The notes beneath the pieces are model-generated. The model searched no databases, was not told the DNA's origin, and worked only from the letters and a program-made list of their open reading frames with translations. A DNA stretch of 64,000 nucleotides, from NCBI GenBank assembly GCA_013334575.1, contig JAAXXG010000003.1, positions 12,699 to 76,698 on the forward strand. Reading direction: 5' to 3'. The position numbers were made by a program, and so were the translations under genes. The stretch is from Candidatus Moraniibacteriota bacterium (GTDB lineage Bacteria; Patescibacteriota; Minisyncoccia; Moranbacterales; UBA1568). Below are positions 45,508 to 55,057 of this stretch, piece after piece; position 1 is the stretch's first letter, and the number at the start of each line of letters is the position of its first letter.

Positions 45508-46896
45508 ATGAAGAACACCGCGACGAACCTGTCCTCCGCGGCTGGGAACGGAAACAGGAAGCGGCTTCCCAAGGCCGAGCGCATCGCGATCAGCCTGTAC
45601 AAGCGCACGTTGAACCGGAAGCGGTTCGGCCGGTTTCTCCGTATCCTGGGTCCGGGGCTCGTGACCGGGGCGGCAGACGACGACCCGTCGGGCATCGCGA
45701 CCTATTCGCAGGCGGGCGCCATGAACGGCTTCGGGCTCCTGTGGGCGTTCCCGCTCATGTACCCGCTTCTTCTCGGTGTACAGGAGAGCTGCTCGCGTAT
45801 CGGCGCGGTCACGGGCAAGGGGCTTGCGGCGGTCATCAAGGAATACTACGGTCGGCGCATCCTGCTGTTCGCGGTCCTGCTCGTGGTGTCGGCGAACGCG
45901 GTGAACATCGGTGCCGATCTCGGCGCGATGGCCGAGGCGACCCGGCTGTTCGTCGATCTGCCACAGATCTTCCTCGCGGTCCTGTATGCCGCGATCGTGG
46001 TGCTGCTGGTCGTTTTCGTGAACTATCGGACCTACGCCCGGATCCTCAAGTGGCTTGCGCTCTCGCTCCTGGCGTATCCGCTGACGGCATTCATGGCCGG
46101 GCTCGACTGGGCACAGGTTCTCCGGAGCACCTTCCTTTCGGTTCCGCGCCTCGACGCGGAGACCATGTACATCCTCGTCGGTATCATCGGGACCACCGTA
46201 TCGCCCTACCTGTTCTTCTGGGACACGTCCGAGGTGGTGGAAGAAGAGATCGCGAAACACAACCGGGCGTCGATCGGCCGCGATCCCAAGCCGACCGCGC
46301 GGTTTCTCCGCAATCTCCGTATCGACAACCTCGTCGGGATGACCGCCGCCAACCTGACGGCGTGGTTCATCGTCGTGGCCTGCGCCTCGACCCTTCATCT
46401 TGCCGGAGTGACCGAGATCGGCACTGCCGCCGAGGCGGCGCGCGCGCTCGAACCGATGGTCGACGGGTTCCCGCATGCGGGGCTCGTGGCCAAACTCGTC
46501 TTCTCGATCGGTATCGTCGGAACGGGGCTTCTCGCGGTTCCGGTGCTCGCGGGATCGTCGTCGTACGCGATCAGCGAGGCGTTCGGCTGGAAGGAAGGAC
46601 TGTCCCGAAAGTTCCGTAACGCCCGCGGGTTCTATGCCGTCATCGCGGTCGCGACCTTCGTCGGCCTCGCGCTCAATCTTTTCGGCGTCGACCCGATCAA
46701 GGCGCTCGTCTTCACGGCGGTCTTCAACGGTATCGCCGCGGTACCACTCCTTTTTCTTATCGTGCGGATCGGCAACGATGCCGCGATCATGGGTGACTAC
46801 CGCAACGGCCGGTGGTCCAACCTGTCCGTCCGGCTGGCGGCCGCGACCATGACCGTCGCGGTAATCGGGTTGTTCGTGTCGATGCTTGTCCGATAG
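45508..46896 (+). CDS. mntH: NRAMP-family divalent metal (Mn2+/Fe2+) transporter
   Basis: GPGLVTGAADDDPSGIATYSQAGA resembles the NRAMP TM1 metal-binding DPGN region. It is about eleven-TM. Confidence 0.7.
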   Translation: MKNTATNLSSAAGNGNRKRLPKAERIAISLYKRTLNRKRFGRFLRILGPGLVTGAADDDPSGIATYSQAGAMNGFGLLWAFPLMYPLLLGVQESCSRIGAVTGKGLAAVIKEYYGRRILLFAVLLVVSANAVNIGADLGAMAEATRLFVDLPQIFLAVLYAAIVVLLVVFVNYRTYARILKWLALSLLAYPLTAFMAGLDWAQVLRSTFLSVPRLDAETMYILVGIIGTTVSPYLFFWDTSEVVEEEIAKHNRASIGRDPKPTARFLRNLRIDNLVGMTAANLTAWFIVVACASTLHLAGVTEIGTAAEAARALEPMVDGFPHAGLVAKLVFSIGIVGTGLLAVPVLAGSSSYAISEAFGWKEGLSRKFRNARGFYAVIAVATFVGLALNLFGVDPIKALVFTAVFNGIAAVPLLFLIVRIGNDAAIMGDYRNGRWSNLSVRLAAATMTVAVIGLFVSMLVR

Positions 46897-46909
46897 CGTT
46901 CAGATATAT

Positions 46910-47446
46910 ATGAAGACCGAATTCGAAGGGCGGATACTCGGAGTCGATCCGGAAGCACTCGTGCGGATACTCGAGGAGCTCGGGGCCGAGAAGGTCGGCG
47001 AGTACCTGTATCGGCGCCATATCTACGACCTCGAACCGGGAAAAGACGAGGCGTGGATCCGACTCCGGACCGACGGCCAGACGACGACTCTGACCATCAA
47101 GGAACGCGAGCGGGACGCCGTGGACGGGATGAAGGAACTTGAATTTCCGGTCGGCGACTTCGACACAGCGCATCTTTTCGTCGAACGTCTCGGACGGCCG
47201 GCACGATGGAAACAGGAAAACCGGCGGATCCGTTACGTGCTCGATGGGATCGAGATCGATATCGACTCATGGCCGCTCATCCCGCCGTATCTCGAGGTGG
47301 AGGGGGATTCCGTGGAGGCTGTCGAACGGATGATCGAGCGGTTGGGATTTTCGCTTTCCGATATGGTCACGTTCGGGACCAAGGCTATCTATGAGAACTA
47401 CGGCATCGACCTGCATGCGATTCCGGATTTGCGGTTCGAGGAATGA
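46910..47446 (+). CDS. CYTH-domain protein (class IV adenylate cyclase/triphosphate tunnel metalloenzyme), paralog 1
   Basis: The N-terminal ExExK-type motif reads MKTEFEGRIL. IEIDIDSWP...YLEVEG is the C-terminal CyaB-like region. An upstream ATG at 46886 is an alternative start. Confidence 0.6.
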   Translation: MKTEFEGRILGVDPEALVRILEELGAEKVGEYLYRRHIYDLEPGKDEAWIRLRTDGQTTTLTIKERERDAVDGMKELEFPVGDFDTAHLFVERLGRPARWKQENRRIRYVLDGIEIDIDSWPLIPPYLEVEGDSVEAVERMIERLGFSLSDMVTFGTKAIYENYGIDLHAIPDLRFEE

Positions 47447-47521
47447 AAACTTTCCGCCGTCGGAACCGTTTTATGGCCAAGCGGCGGCTTTTGTCGCCCG
47501 GGTAACGTGTAAACGGAACGT

Positions 47522-48238
47522 ATGACGAAGCGGAAGATCGGTATCGGTGCGGCGATGATCGCGATACCCGCGGTCGCGTCGCTTCTGGTCGCGGGACAGG
47601 CGAGCGCGTTCGGTTTCGGTGACGGAGGAAGCAGGAGCGGTAATCGCGTCCAGTCGGAGGAAAGGGACGGTCGCGGTCCTGTTGGAGGATTCCGTTCGGA
47701 GGAAGCCGTTTCCGCCTGTTCGGGAAAGAGCTCGGGAGATGACTGCTCCTTCTCCATGACGCGTCCGGGGCAGAGCGAGACAACCTCGGTCTCCGGCACG
47801 TGCCGCAACGTTCCGGCAGGGAAGACGGATTCGTCCGAGTCGCTTTCCTGCATGCCGACTCCGAAGGATGGTGACGGCTCGATGGAACGCGTCCGTTCCG
47901 AGGATCGCGACGGGCGCGCCGAGAACCTGAAGGAGCGGAAGCAGGCCGAAATCAATCGGATCGAGACCCGGGTTCAGAAGATCATCGATTTCCTGAAGTC
48001 GAAGGATGTCGATACGGCGACGATAGAGGGATACTTCTCGACCTTCAAGGCGAAGGCGGATACGGTAATCGCGAAGGTCGAGGCGCTGCAGACGCTCCTT
48101 TCGACGGACAATCCGAGCGAGAGCGATCTTGCTTCGGCCCGGACGGCCGTCCGTGACGCGGGAAAAGACATGATCTCGTACTACAAGGACACGCTCCGGA
48201 CGGCTCTCAAGAGCGCTCTCGACGCCCTCAACGACTAA
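47522..48238 (+). CDS. Secreted hypothetical protein (signal peptide, Ser/Asp-rich, C-terminal coiled-coil)
   Basis: It has a signal peptide MTKRKIGIGAAMIAIPAVASLLVAGQASA. Confidence 0.5.
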   Translation: MTKRKIGIGAAMIAIPAVASLLVAGQASAFGFGDGGSRSGNRVQSEERDGRGPVGGFRSEEAVSACSGKSSGDDCSFSMTRPGQSETTSVSGTCRNVPAGKTDSSESLSCMPTPKDGDGSMERVRSEDRDGRAENLKERKQAEINRIETRVQKIIDFLKSKDVDTATIEGYFSTFKAKADTVIAKVEALQTLLSTDNPSESDLASARTAVRDAGKDMISYYKDTLRTALKSALDALND

Positions 48239-48242
48239 CGCT

Positions 48243-48545
48243 ATGAATCTCGACAGGAAGAAGATGACGGTGATCGCGGGATCGGTCGGAGGCGTGTTGC
48301 TGATCGCATTGCTTGGATGGATACTCGTCTCGCGGACGGTGCCCGGCAGCTCCGTCGACGGCGCCCGGCAGGCGGTTCAGGACCGATCGAAGGAAGTCGG
48401 TGCTCCCGAAACCGGAACCGCTTCGGACGACGCTGCTGCCGATGCGGCGGCACGGAAGTCCGTGTCGACCAGGACGGAGGCGAAGCAGGCCCTGTCGGAA
48501 CTCGATAGCGCGGTCGATTCCGTCGGGACAGGAACCGGGGAGTAG
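48243..48545 (+). CDS. Small membrane-anchored hypothetical protein
   Basis: It has one N-terminal TM helix. Confidence 0.4.
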   Translation: MNLDRKKMTVIAGSVGGVLLIALLGWILVSRTVPGSSVDGARQAVQDRSKEVGAPETGTASDDAAADAAARKSVSTRTEAKQALSELDSAVDSVGTGTGE

Positions 48546-48575
48546 GAAGGTGTCGCCACTGTCACCAGACAGAAA

Positions 48576-48607
48576 AAGAGGCCTCGGAATGCTCCGGGCC
48601 TCTTTTT
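48576..48607. terminator. Bidirectional terminator AGAGGCCTCGG-aatgct-CCGGGCCTCT flanked by A-run and T-run
   Basis: It lies between a + gene and a - gene that converge. Confidence 0.6.
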
Positions 48608-48616
48608 TGCGAGGAT

Positions 48617-48967
48617 TCAGGACGTAATCACCTTGCCAATCTTCGTGAGGAGCTGCTTTTTCCCCATGGCTCCAACAAGCGCTCTCTCCATCGGTATCGG
48701 AAGGCCATTTCTGAATACGACATATTGCGGAATGACCCTTATTCCGTATCGGCCGGTCAGTTCCGGCTCCTCATCGACGTCGACGGAACAGATATCGAAG
48801 TGCGGGTCGTTTTCTTCGATCATTTCTTTTATGACGGGAAGCATTTCCCAGCATGGTCCGCACCAGGCGGCCGCAAAAAAGACGACGACAGGCTTCTTGT
48901 TTTGAAGGACGGCCTCTTCGAAGGTTTCTCCGTTGACGGCATTGTACGGGTTCTCTTGCTGGTTCAT
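48617..48967 (-). CDS. Thioredoxin (second paralog)
   Basis: It has the WCGPC motif and is 116 aa. Confidence 0.85.
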   Translation of the reverse strand: MNQQENPYNAVNGETFEEAVLQNKKPVVVFFAAAWCGPCWEMLPVIKEMIEENDPHFDICSVDVDEEPELTGRYGIRVIPQYVVFRNGLPIPMERALVGAMGKKQLLTKIGKVITS

Positions 48968-49211
48968 GGCGGTATGGGCTTTTTGTTAACGGAATCTATG
49001 TCTGGTCGACAAGCGATTAAAGCATTTCTCTTTTATGCTGTAAAGCGGAATCCGGTTCGTGAATCCGAAACAGGAAATGAAGGACTTTCATGGCCTTTAA
49101 AAGCCTAAAAGAGTTCGCGAAATCGGATCTTTGGATCCGAAACGGGGATTCGAGGCTTTACACCAGTACGGCGGTAAGGGAAAATAGGGAGGTAATCATT
49201 CGAAGACGTAT

Positions 49212-49712
49212 ATGGCGACACAGGAGAATCTGATGGCGGCGTTCGCCGGCGAAAGTCAGGCGAATCGCAAGTACCTCGCGTTCGCGAAGAAGGCGGCGGC
49301 CGAGGGGTATCCGGCGGTAGCGAAACTTTTCCGCGCGGCAGCCGAAGCCGAGACGGTGCACGCGCACGCACATTTCGCCGCGGCCGGCGGCGTGCAGGAT
49401 ACCGTCGCGAATCTCGAGGCGGCGATCGCAGGGGAGCAGTACGAGTTTACGGATATGTATCCGGGCTTTATCGCCGAGGCCGAGAAGGAGGGTCATGCGG
49501 CTGCACTCAAGTCTTTCAGGAACGCCGACGCGGTCGAGCACGAGCACTACGAACTCTATCGGCTGGCGCTCGAGGCGATCAAAGCCGGGCATGATGTCGA
49601 GGACCTTGCGATCTATGTCTGTCCGGTCTGTGGGCACACCGAGGTCGGCGTCCGGTCGGAGAAGTGTCCGATCTGCGGCGTCCCGGGAAGCACGTTCATC
49701 GAGGTGAAATAA
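49212..49712 (+). CDS. rbr: Rubrerythrin
   Basis: It has a ferritin-like diiron domain with ExxH motifs and a C-terminal rubredoxin-like CPVCG...CPICG. Confidence 0.85.
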   Translation: MATQENLMAAFAGESQANRKYLAFAKKAAAEGYPAVAKLFRAAAEAETVHAHAHFAAAGGVQDTVANLEAAIAGEQYEFTDMYPGFIAEAEKEGHAAALKSFRNADAVEHEHYELYRLALEAIKAGHDVEDLAIYVCPVCGHTEVGVRSEKCPICGVPGSTFIEVK

Positions 49713-49727
49713 TTGAACGCTTGAAAC

Positions 49728-49752
49728 GGAAAGCGGCCCTCGGGCCGTTTTC
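49728..49752 (+). terminator. Terminator AAGCGGCCC-tc-GGGCCGTTTT
   Basis: A GC stem with a T-run. It is duplicated at about 52227-52251. Confidence 0.55.
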
Positions 49753-49833
49753 TTTCGATACGTCCTTGTTTTCGGCGCTTTACACCTTTCGGGCGATGCG
49801 GGAAAATGAACGTGAGTAATCGTGGTGAACGAT

Positions 49834-52158
49834 ATGGGCGAGAGTCATCAATTCATACCGATCCGGAACGAGGTCGTGCGACGGCGGGAAACGAAACTTC
49901 CGCGTCCTTTGACCGCGGATGAGCGGGGGGAAGACGATGGGAAACCGGAAGAGATGTCCCTTACGGACCACTGGAAGACCCTTCGGTTGTCCGTTCAGGA
50001 GAAGTCCTCAGAACGGACCGATGGTACGATACTGCCGGAAAACGTGAAATTATTGAACGAACTCATCACGCCGGAACTGATGGAGGGGTATCGGGCGATT
50101 CTTCGGGAATTCAATGTCAGGGCGAACAAGACGGAGGAGCATCCCGAGAGGGAATTTATCGACACCGAGGAAGATGGAATCGTCGGAAAGATTGATGCGT
50201 GGACGGATGCGCTTCTGCGGGAAGTCGGGGAAAAGTGCGAGGTCGGCCTTGATGAGTCGGATATCGAGGAACTTCGTGTCCAATGCCGGCTTCTGTTCGA
50301 TTCGTTCGGGAACGTGATGAATACGAATTCCCTCGAGCGGGACATTTCCGACTCTCTTGGCACGGCGGAAGGCGGCTCTGCCGGCGATGCGGAGGTGGCG
50401 AGACTGGTCGAGAAGCTCCGAAGGAAGTATCCGTTCGAGCCCGATGAGATGGAACTGCTTGTCGACCTCGTCAGGTCTGAGAAAGGCAGAGACAATGAGT
50501 ATTCCATGAGAATCCTCGCGGAGACAGTGTCCCGTCTTTGGACGGAATACGGTCTTGACCGGAAGCATGGGGATATGGCGAAGATATCGCTCGGGTACCT
50601 GGCAGCGAAGGGTGCCGAGAGCTTCGCGCCGTCCCTGTTTCAGGGGATAATGGCGAATGGCATGTTCGATGCGGCGGTTTTCATCGAATATCTCGGCCTG
50701 GAGAAGTTGTCCGAGGTCATCTCGACGAAAAACGATATCGAGCTCGCGAAGGTCATGGTCGATGTCAATCGGCAGATAAACCGACGGATAACCGATTCCC
50801 TTTTCTTTCAGGAATTCGAATTCATCCATGACAAATCGCTCGGCGAGGTATATGCCGCCTTGGAACGCGGGAAGGAATCCTCGGAGCAGATGCTTCGCGA
50901 GGTCGTATCACAGTTCGCTCCGAGCCTTTCGGGAATCGTGATGTCGCTCGCGTTCCTGACGAAGATCAATCCCATCCTCGGTGGGATCGGGGTCGGGAGT
51001 CTCCCGGTCATGTATGCGATTGCGAAGAAGCAGAACGATCAGATCTGGCCGATGTACGAGCGGGAACGTCGGGAAGGCGAGAAGATCGCGACCAGACTCG
51101 ATGCCGTGAAGCGCGGATTCGAGGAGGTGAAGACATTGGCGAATGTCGCAGGGATCGCTTCGAACGTCCGGGAACAGATGGACGCGATGGACTCTTTGGC
51201 GCTTCAGAGGTTCATAGAAGAGCGGAAGATGAGCATGATACGGCGTATCCCGTTCGATGTCTCGAGTGTCATAGCGGCCGGCGTCGGCGGAGCGCTTCAG
51301 CGGGCCGGGATGATTTCCGGCGGCGCGATCCTTTCGAATATCATGTATTCCGGGCAGCTGAATTGGCCTGTCAAGGAACTCGTGGAACTCTATTTCAACC
51401 GGTTCTCGCGATATGTTCAGGACATCCGACGCCTGGACGAGATCCTGGGGAAATACGAGACGTTGGATCTTCCGGACGGGGAGAGGGAAGGAGATCGCGT
51501 TCCGGTTTCCGATCTTCCGAACCTCGACATCTCCATCAAGGATCTCCGATATCGGGATATTCTTCGCGGCGTCGATCTTGACGTGAAACAGGGGGAATTC
51601 GTCGTTATCGCAGGAGCGTCCGGTGCCGGAAAATCAACGCTGCTGAGGAATCTGACCGGTCTCTATCGTCCGGACGGCGGCGAAGTAACGATCGGAGGTG
51701 TCCGGAACGACCGGGTGAAGCGATTTGGCAAGGAGTCCGTCTATTCGGTCATGTCGTACTGCAATCAGAGTCCGCAGTATTTCGAGGGGATGACGCTGAG
51801 GGAGAATCTGACACTCTGGTCCGGGAACGAGGCGGATGACGCGGCGGTGCGGCGGATACTTTCCGATCTCCGTCTCGATGCTCTGTCGGACCGTCTCGAC
51901 GAGGAAGTGAAACATCTGTCCGGCGGTGAGCGGGTCCGTATCGGTGTCGCCCGGACGCTTATCAAGGATGCGAAGATCCTCCTGTTCGATGAGCCGACCG
52001 CGAGTCTTGATTCGCAGGCGGCGGCCGAGGTCCGGCGGATACTCACGGAAATTCGAGAAAAGTACCCGGAGAAGACCGTTATCTGCGTGTCGCACGACGA
52101 GGAGTTGATACGGTCCAGCCCGAGAGCGGTGCGTCTCGAAGATCTGCAGCGCTCCTGA
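49834..52158 (+). CDS. ABC-type ATPase with atypical ~540-aa N-terminal domain (degenerate exporter TMD)
   Basis: The C-terminal NBD has Walker A GASGAGKST, the signature LSGGERVRIGVAR and Walker B ILLFDEPTASLD. The N-terminal region has few hydrophobic helices. A GTG at 49822 is an alternative start. Confidence 0.65.
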   Translation: MGESHQFIPIRNEVVRRRETKLPRPLTADERGEDDGKPEEMSLTDHWKTLRLSVQEKSSERTDGTILPENVKLLNELITPELMEGYRAILREFNVRANKTEEHPEREFIDTEEDGIVGKIDAWTDALLREVGEKCEVGLDESDIEELRVQCRLLFDSFGNVMNTNSLERDISDSLGTAEGGSAGDAEVARLVEKLRRKYPFEPDEMELLVDLVRSEKGRDNEYSMRILAETVSRLWTEYGLDRKHGDMAKISLGYLAAKGAESFAPSLFQGIMANGMFDAAVFIEYLGLEKLSEVISTKNDIELAKVMVDVNRQINRRITDSLFFQEFEFIHDKSLGEVYAALERGKESSEQMLREVVSQFAPSLSGIVMSLAFLTKINPILGGIGVGSLPVMYAIAKKQNDQIWPMYERERREGEKIATRLDAVKRGFEEVKTLANVAGIASNVREQMDAMDSLALQRFIEERKMSMIRRIPFDVSSVIAAGVGGALQRAGMISGGAILSNIMYSGQLNWPVKELVELYFNRFSRYVQDIRRLDEILGKYETLDLPDGEREGDRVPVSDLPNLDISIKDLRYRDILRGVDLDVKQGEFVVIAGASGAGKSTLLRNLTGLYRPDGGEVTIGGVRNDRVKRFGKESVYSVMSYCNQSPQYFEGMTLRENLTLWSGNEADDAAVRRILSDLRLDALSDRLDEEVKHLSGGERVRIGVARTLIKDAKILLFDEPTASLDSQAAAEVRRILTEIREKYPEKTVICVSHDEELIRSSPRAVRLEDLQRS

Positions 52159-52171
52159 CGGTCCGAAACCC

Positions 52172-52251
52172 CGGGGCGTCCCCGGCAACACGTTCATCGA
52201 GGTGAAATAATTGAACGCTTGAAACGGAAAGCGGCCCTCGGGCCGTTTTTC
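52172..52251 (+). repeat. Duplicate of the rubrerythrin 3' end plus terminator (~80 bp)
   Basis: CACGTTCATCGAGGTGAAATAATTGAACGCTTGAAACGGAAAGCGGCCCTCGGGCCGTTTT is identical to 49691-49752. Confidence 0.8.
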
Positions 52252-52416
52252 ATATCGTGAAACCGCCGGGTCGCCCGTATCCGGTCCCGGCCGGAGACGG
52301 TGAAGAACCGCCGGCGCCTTTACTTCCTCTTCGGAAGGGAGTAGAAATACGGTACACCGGCATATCCTGCCGACGGTCGTCGTGATCTCCTTTCCTGAAC
52401 GGATCACCCGAATCGT

Positions 52417-53418
52417 ATGTGGCCGAAATCGTTCCGGGTACTGGCCCGGGGAGGTGTCAGGATTTTCTGCGACGGGATGACCTGTCCGAGGCATATCGGT
52501 CGGGACGTGTTCGTGACGCTGGCGTTCGCGCTCGGCGCTGTCGGATTCCTGTATTCTGCGGGAAGTATCGGGATCGGAAAGCCCGGAGCTGCCGACGTGT
52601 CCGGCGACACTGCGGGCTCCGGAGCGACGGCCATGCTTCTTTCCGAAGAGGACGTCGTCGCCGAAGTGGAGCGGATCGTAGCGCCGGTCGATACCGGTTC
52701 GTGGAAGCCGTACCGCAACGACTACTACGGATTCGAACTCCGGTATCCGGCGGGGTGGCAGACGCCTTCCGGGCAGATCGCCCCGAGGGGGTCGAAGTGG
52801 GAATACCGATTCCGGTTCAGGAAGCCGGTTCCGGCAGGCGGGACCTATGTCGGGTTCGATGTCGTCGTCTACGATGTCGCCAAGGCGAAGGAACTGTCCG
52901 GGACGGACGAATATCCGGCGCTCCGGAACGAGGAGGCGAAGGGTACGGAGCGGTGCGCGACCATCGACCGATACGTCGTCGATGCCGGGGACTATCCCCT
53001 GAGCGAGATCTACGTTCCCCCGGGTGACGACTGCTATCGGCCGACGCTGTTCCTGTCCCTCGTCCGTGACCGGTATATCTACGATGTCGTCCCGATCACC
53101 GGGGAGAGTGCCGTTTCCGGTCCCGATCCGAGGGCGTCGATCAATATGGACCTTCCCGAACTGTATTCCGTCGGTTCCTCATTCCGGCTTATCGATATCG
53201 TGCGTCCGAAACCCGTACCTCCGAAGCCTCGGATCACCGCTCCGCACCCCGTGTCCTATAAGAAGGTGAACGGTCGGCTGGTCTGCGCGAAGAAACACGA
53301 TCATCCGTCGAAAAGCGGAAAAGGGAAGCATCTCGACATGGAGTGTTGCCTGGATCCCGACGAGTATCCGAATCCCTGGTGCTACTACCCGCCGGAGAAA
53401 TACGGGAAGTACCTCTGA
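52417..53418 (+). CDS. Hypothetical membrane-anchored exported protein with Cys/Pro-rich C-terminus
   Basis: The ORF is 333 aa. An internal start at 52477 gives an N-terminal TM helix. Confidence 0.45.
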   Translation: MWPKSFRVLARGGVRIFCDGMTCPRHIGRDVFVTLAFALGAVGFLYSAGSIGIGKPGAADVSGDTAGSGATAMLLSEEDVVAEVERIVAPVDTGSWKPYRNDYYGFELRYPAGWQTPSGQIAPRGSKWEYRFRFRKPVPAGGTYVGFDVVVYDVAKAKELSGTDEYPALRNEEAKGTERCATIDRYVVDAGDYPLSEIYVPPGDDCYRPTLFLSLVRDRYIYDVVPITGESAVSGPDPRASINMDLPELYSVGSSFRLIDIVRPKPVPPKPRITAPHPVSYKKVNGRLVCAKKHDHPSKSGKGKHLDMECCLDPDEYPNPWCYYPPEKYGKYL

Positions 53419-53462
53419 TCGCTTTACGGCCGAGGCGGAGGGGGGGTAGCGCTTGCAGAGGG

Positions 53463-53479
53463 CTAAAAAGTACCTGACC
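53463..53479 (+). repeat. Truncated M1 tail (CTAAAAAGTACCTGACC) preceding an M2 element
   Basis: It shares the M1 3' motif. Confidence 0.4.
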
Positions 53480-53632
53480 TGCCCTGTAGAAAAGACTTTT
53501 GTAGGATTGTCATTCCGGCCTCCGTCCGAGCATGCGCCGGCCAAGAGCCGGAATCTATGTCTTGGATTCTGGCTTTGACCCGGGATGACCGTACGGAAAA
53601 TCTGAAACGCGGAGATGATTTCTACGGAGCAT
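53480..53632 (+). repeat. M2 MITE-like structured element, direct orientation
   Basis: It is about 90% identical to 32012-32165, including the CTGTAGAAA / TTTCTACGG termini. Confidence 0.6.
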
Positions 53633-53792
53633 TCCCGACCTCTTTTCTGATTCAATTTCCGACACCTGTCACGGGAGGAACAGACCGAAAGAATCTTTCG
53701 ATTCCACGAATGATTTGGTGGCAGAAGTTATATATTACCAAAAAATAAGGCCTTCGCGAGGTGAAGGCCTTTAAGAATCGCGCTGATTCGGG

Positions 53793-54128
53793 TCAGAGTC
53801 CCTTATTCAGCAGTCCGCGTTCGACACTTTCAATCATGGATTGACCGGGGTCTATGAAATGGCTGTCCGTGAGCGACTTTCCGTCGGTTGTGCGGATCTT
53901 CATGTTCATGACGTACGTTCCCTTTTGTTCACCGGGACCGATGTCCGCAACGATTTCTGAAACGGATGGGTGCCGTTCAGTTAATTGTTGCAGGCCTATT
54001 TGGGACAGAGCCGCTTTTCCGCCGAACATGGAGATGTCGAGCTTAATCGGGTTCGGCGACTCGGCCTTGGCGGTTGTCGGTCCGAGCAGGACGGCGAACA
54101 GGAATGTCGCGGCAAGTGTTTTTTTCAT
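53793..54128 (-). CDS. Small secreted hypothetical protein (signal peptide)
   Basis: It starts MKKTLAATFLFAVLLGPTTAKA and is 111 aa. Confidence 0.5.
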   Translation of the reverse strand: MKKTLAATFLFAVLLGPTTAKAESPNPIKLDISMFGGKAALSQIGLQQLTERHPSVSEIVADIGPGEQKGTYVMNMKIRTTDGKSLTDSHFIDPGQSMIESVERGLLNKGL

Positions 54129-54264
54129 GGTCGATATCTTTTTGTTTTTTGAACGTACCCACCTTCATGTTGGGCGTATGTACTCTATAGCAGAAACAAG
54201 ATTTCTTGTCAATGATCACCGATGTGACCAGTGGTGCTTTACGACGGCCAAGGAGCGGAGGAAA

Positions 54265-55017
54265 ATGAGGGTGAAAGAGGAATATGTTTTGCGTATGCGT
54301 TTCGGGTACATGTCCGGTTGGCGCGGTGATCTGCTCTCGGAATTTGCCTTCGCGAAACGGCATTTCGATTTTACCGAAGTGACCATCGTGCCGGACGCGC
54401 TTGCGGCCGTTGAACGGACACTTCCTGAGCTTGTTGCCGCGCTCGACGGATTCCCGACGCTCGGGCATCTGCACTGGGACTTCGTGGGGTTCGACGATAT
54501 TGAAAGGAATATCCGCATACTGGAGCGGCTGGGTGTCGGCCTGATAACGATGCATCCGTTCGAAAATGTTGGAGTTCCGGAAAATATAGACATCATGGAG
54601 CGCGTTTCCGACTGTTGTCGTGGACGAGGAATCCGTCTTATGATCGAGAACGTCTCGAACGAACCCTATGCGACCATGGAGGGAATGGCTCCACTCCTGT
54701 CGGGTATTTCGAATGTCGGACTGACGTTCGATGTCGGTCATGCGAACAAGATCGGCGAGCTCGGGAATTTTCTTGACAGGTTCGGTGACCGTGTCGGACA
54801 TGTCCATCTCCACGACAATGTCGGGAAACGTGATCACTTATTTTTCTCCGATCGGAACCGGCTCAAAGCTAATCTCGAGAAACTCAGGGGAATCGGCTAT
54901 GACGGGACGGTCACGCTCGAGACCTTCGCTGCCATGAAGGACGGGCGGAGCGTCTCTCTCGGCTTCGACGAGATCAAGTCGTTTCATCCCGTCCAGGTCG
55001 AAATGCTCCGGAAATAA
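54265..55017 (+). CDS. Sugar phosphate isomerase/epimerase (xylose-isomerase-like TIM barrel)
   Basis: It has the metal-binding motifs IENV, FDVGHAN and HVHLHDN. An AGGAGCGGAGG ribosome-binding site lies upstream. Confidence 0.6.
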   Translation: MRVKEEYVLRMRFGYMSGWRGDLLSEFAFAKRHFDFTEVTIVPDALAAVERTLPELVAALDGFPTLGHLHWDFVGFDDIERNIRILERLGVGLITMHPFENVGVPENIDIMERVSDCCRGRGIRLMIENVSNEPYATMEGMAPLLSGISNVGLTFDVGHANKIGELGNFLDRFGDRVGHVHLHDNVGKRDHLFFSDRNRLKANLEKLRGIGYDGTVTLETFAAMKDGRSVSLGFDEIKSFHPVQVEMLRK

Positions 55018-55057
55018 TCCGCTTTACAACCGGGGCGGGGGGGACTTGAAAAATCAA

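Noticed and set aside
53854-54264. N-terminal extension of ORF 53854..55017
   Set aside because: It is antisense to the small secreted protein gene 53793..54128. A ribosome-binding site and ATG at 54265 fit the sugar isomerase start.
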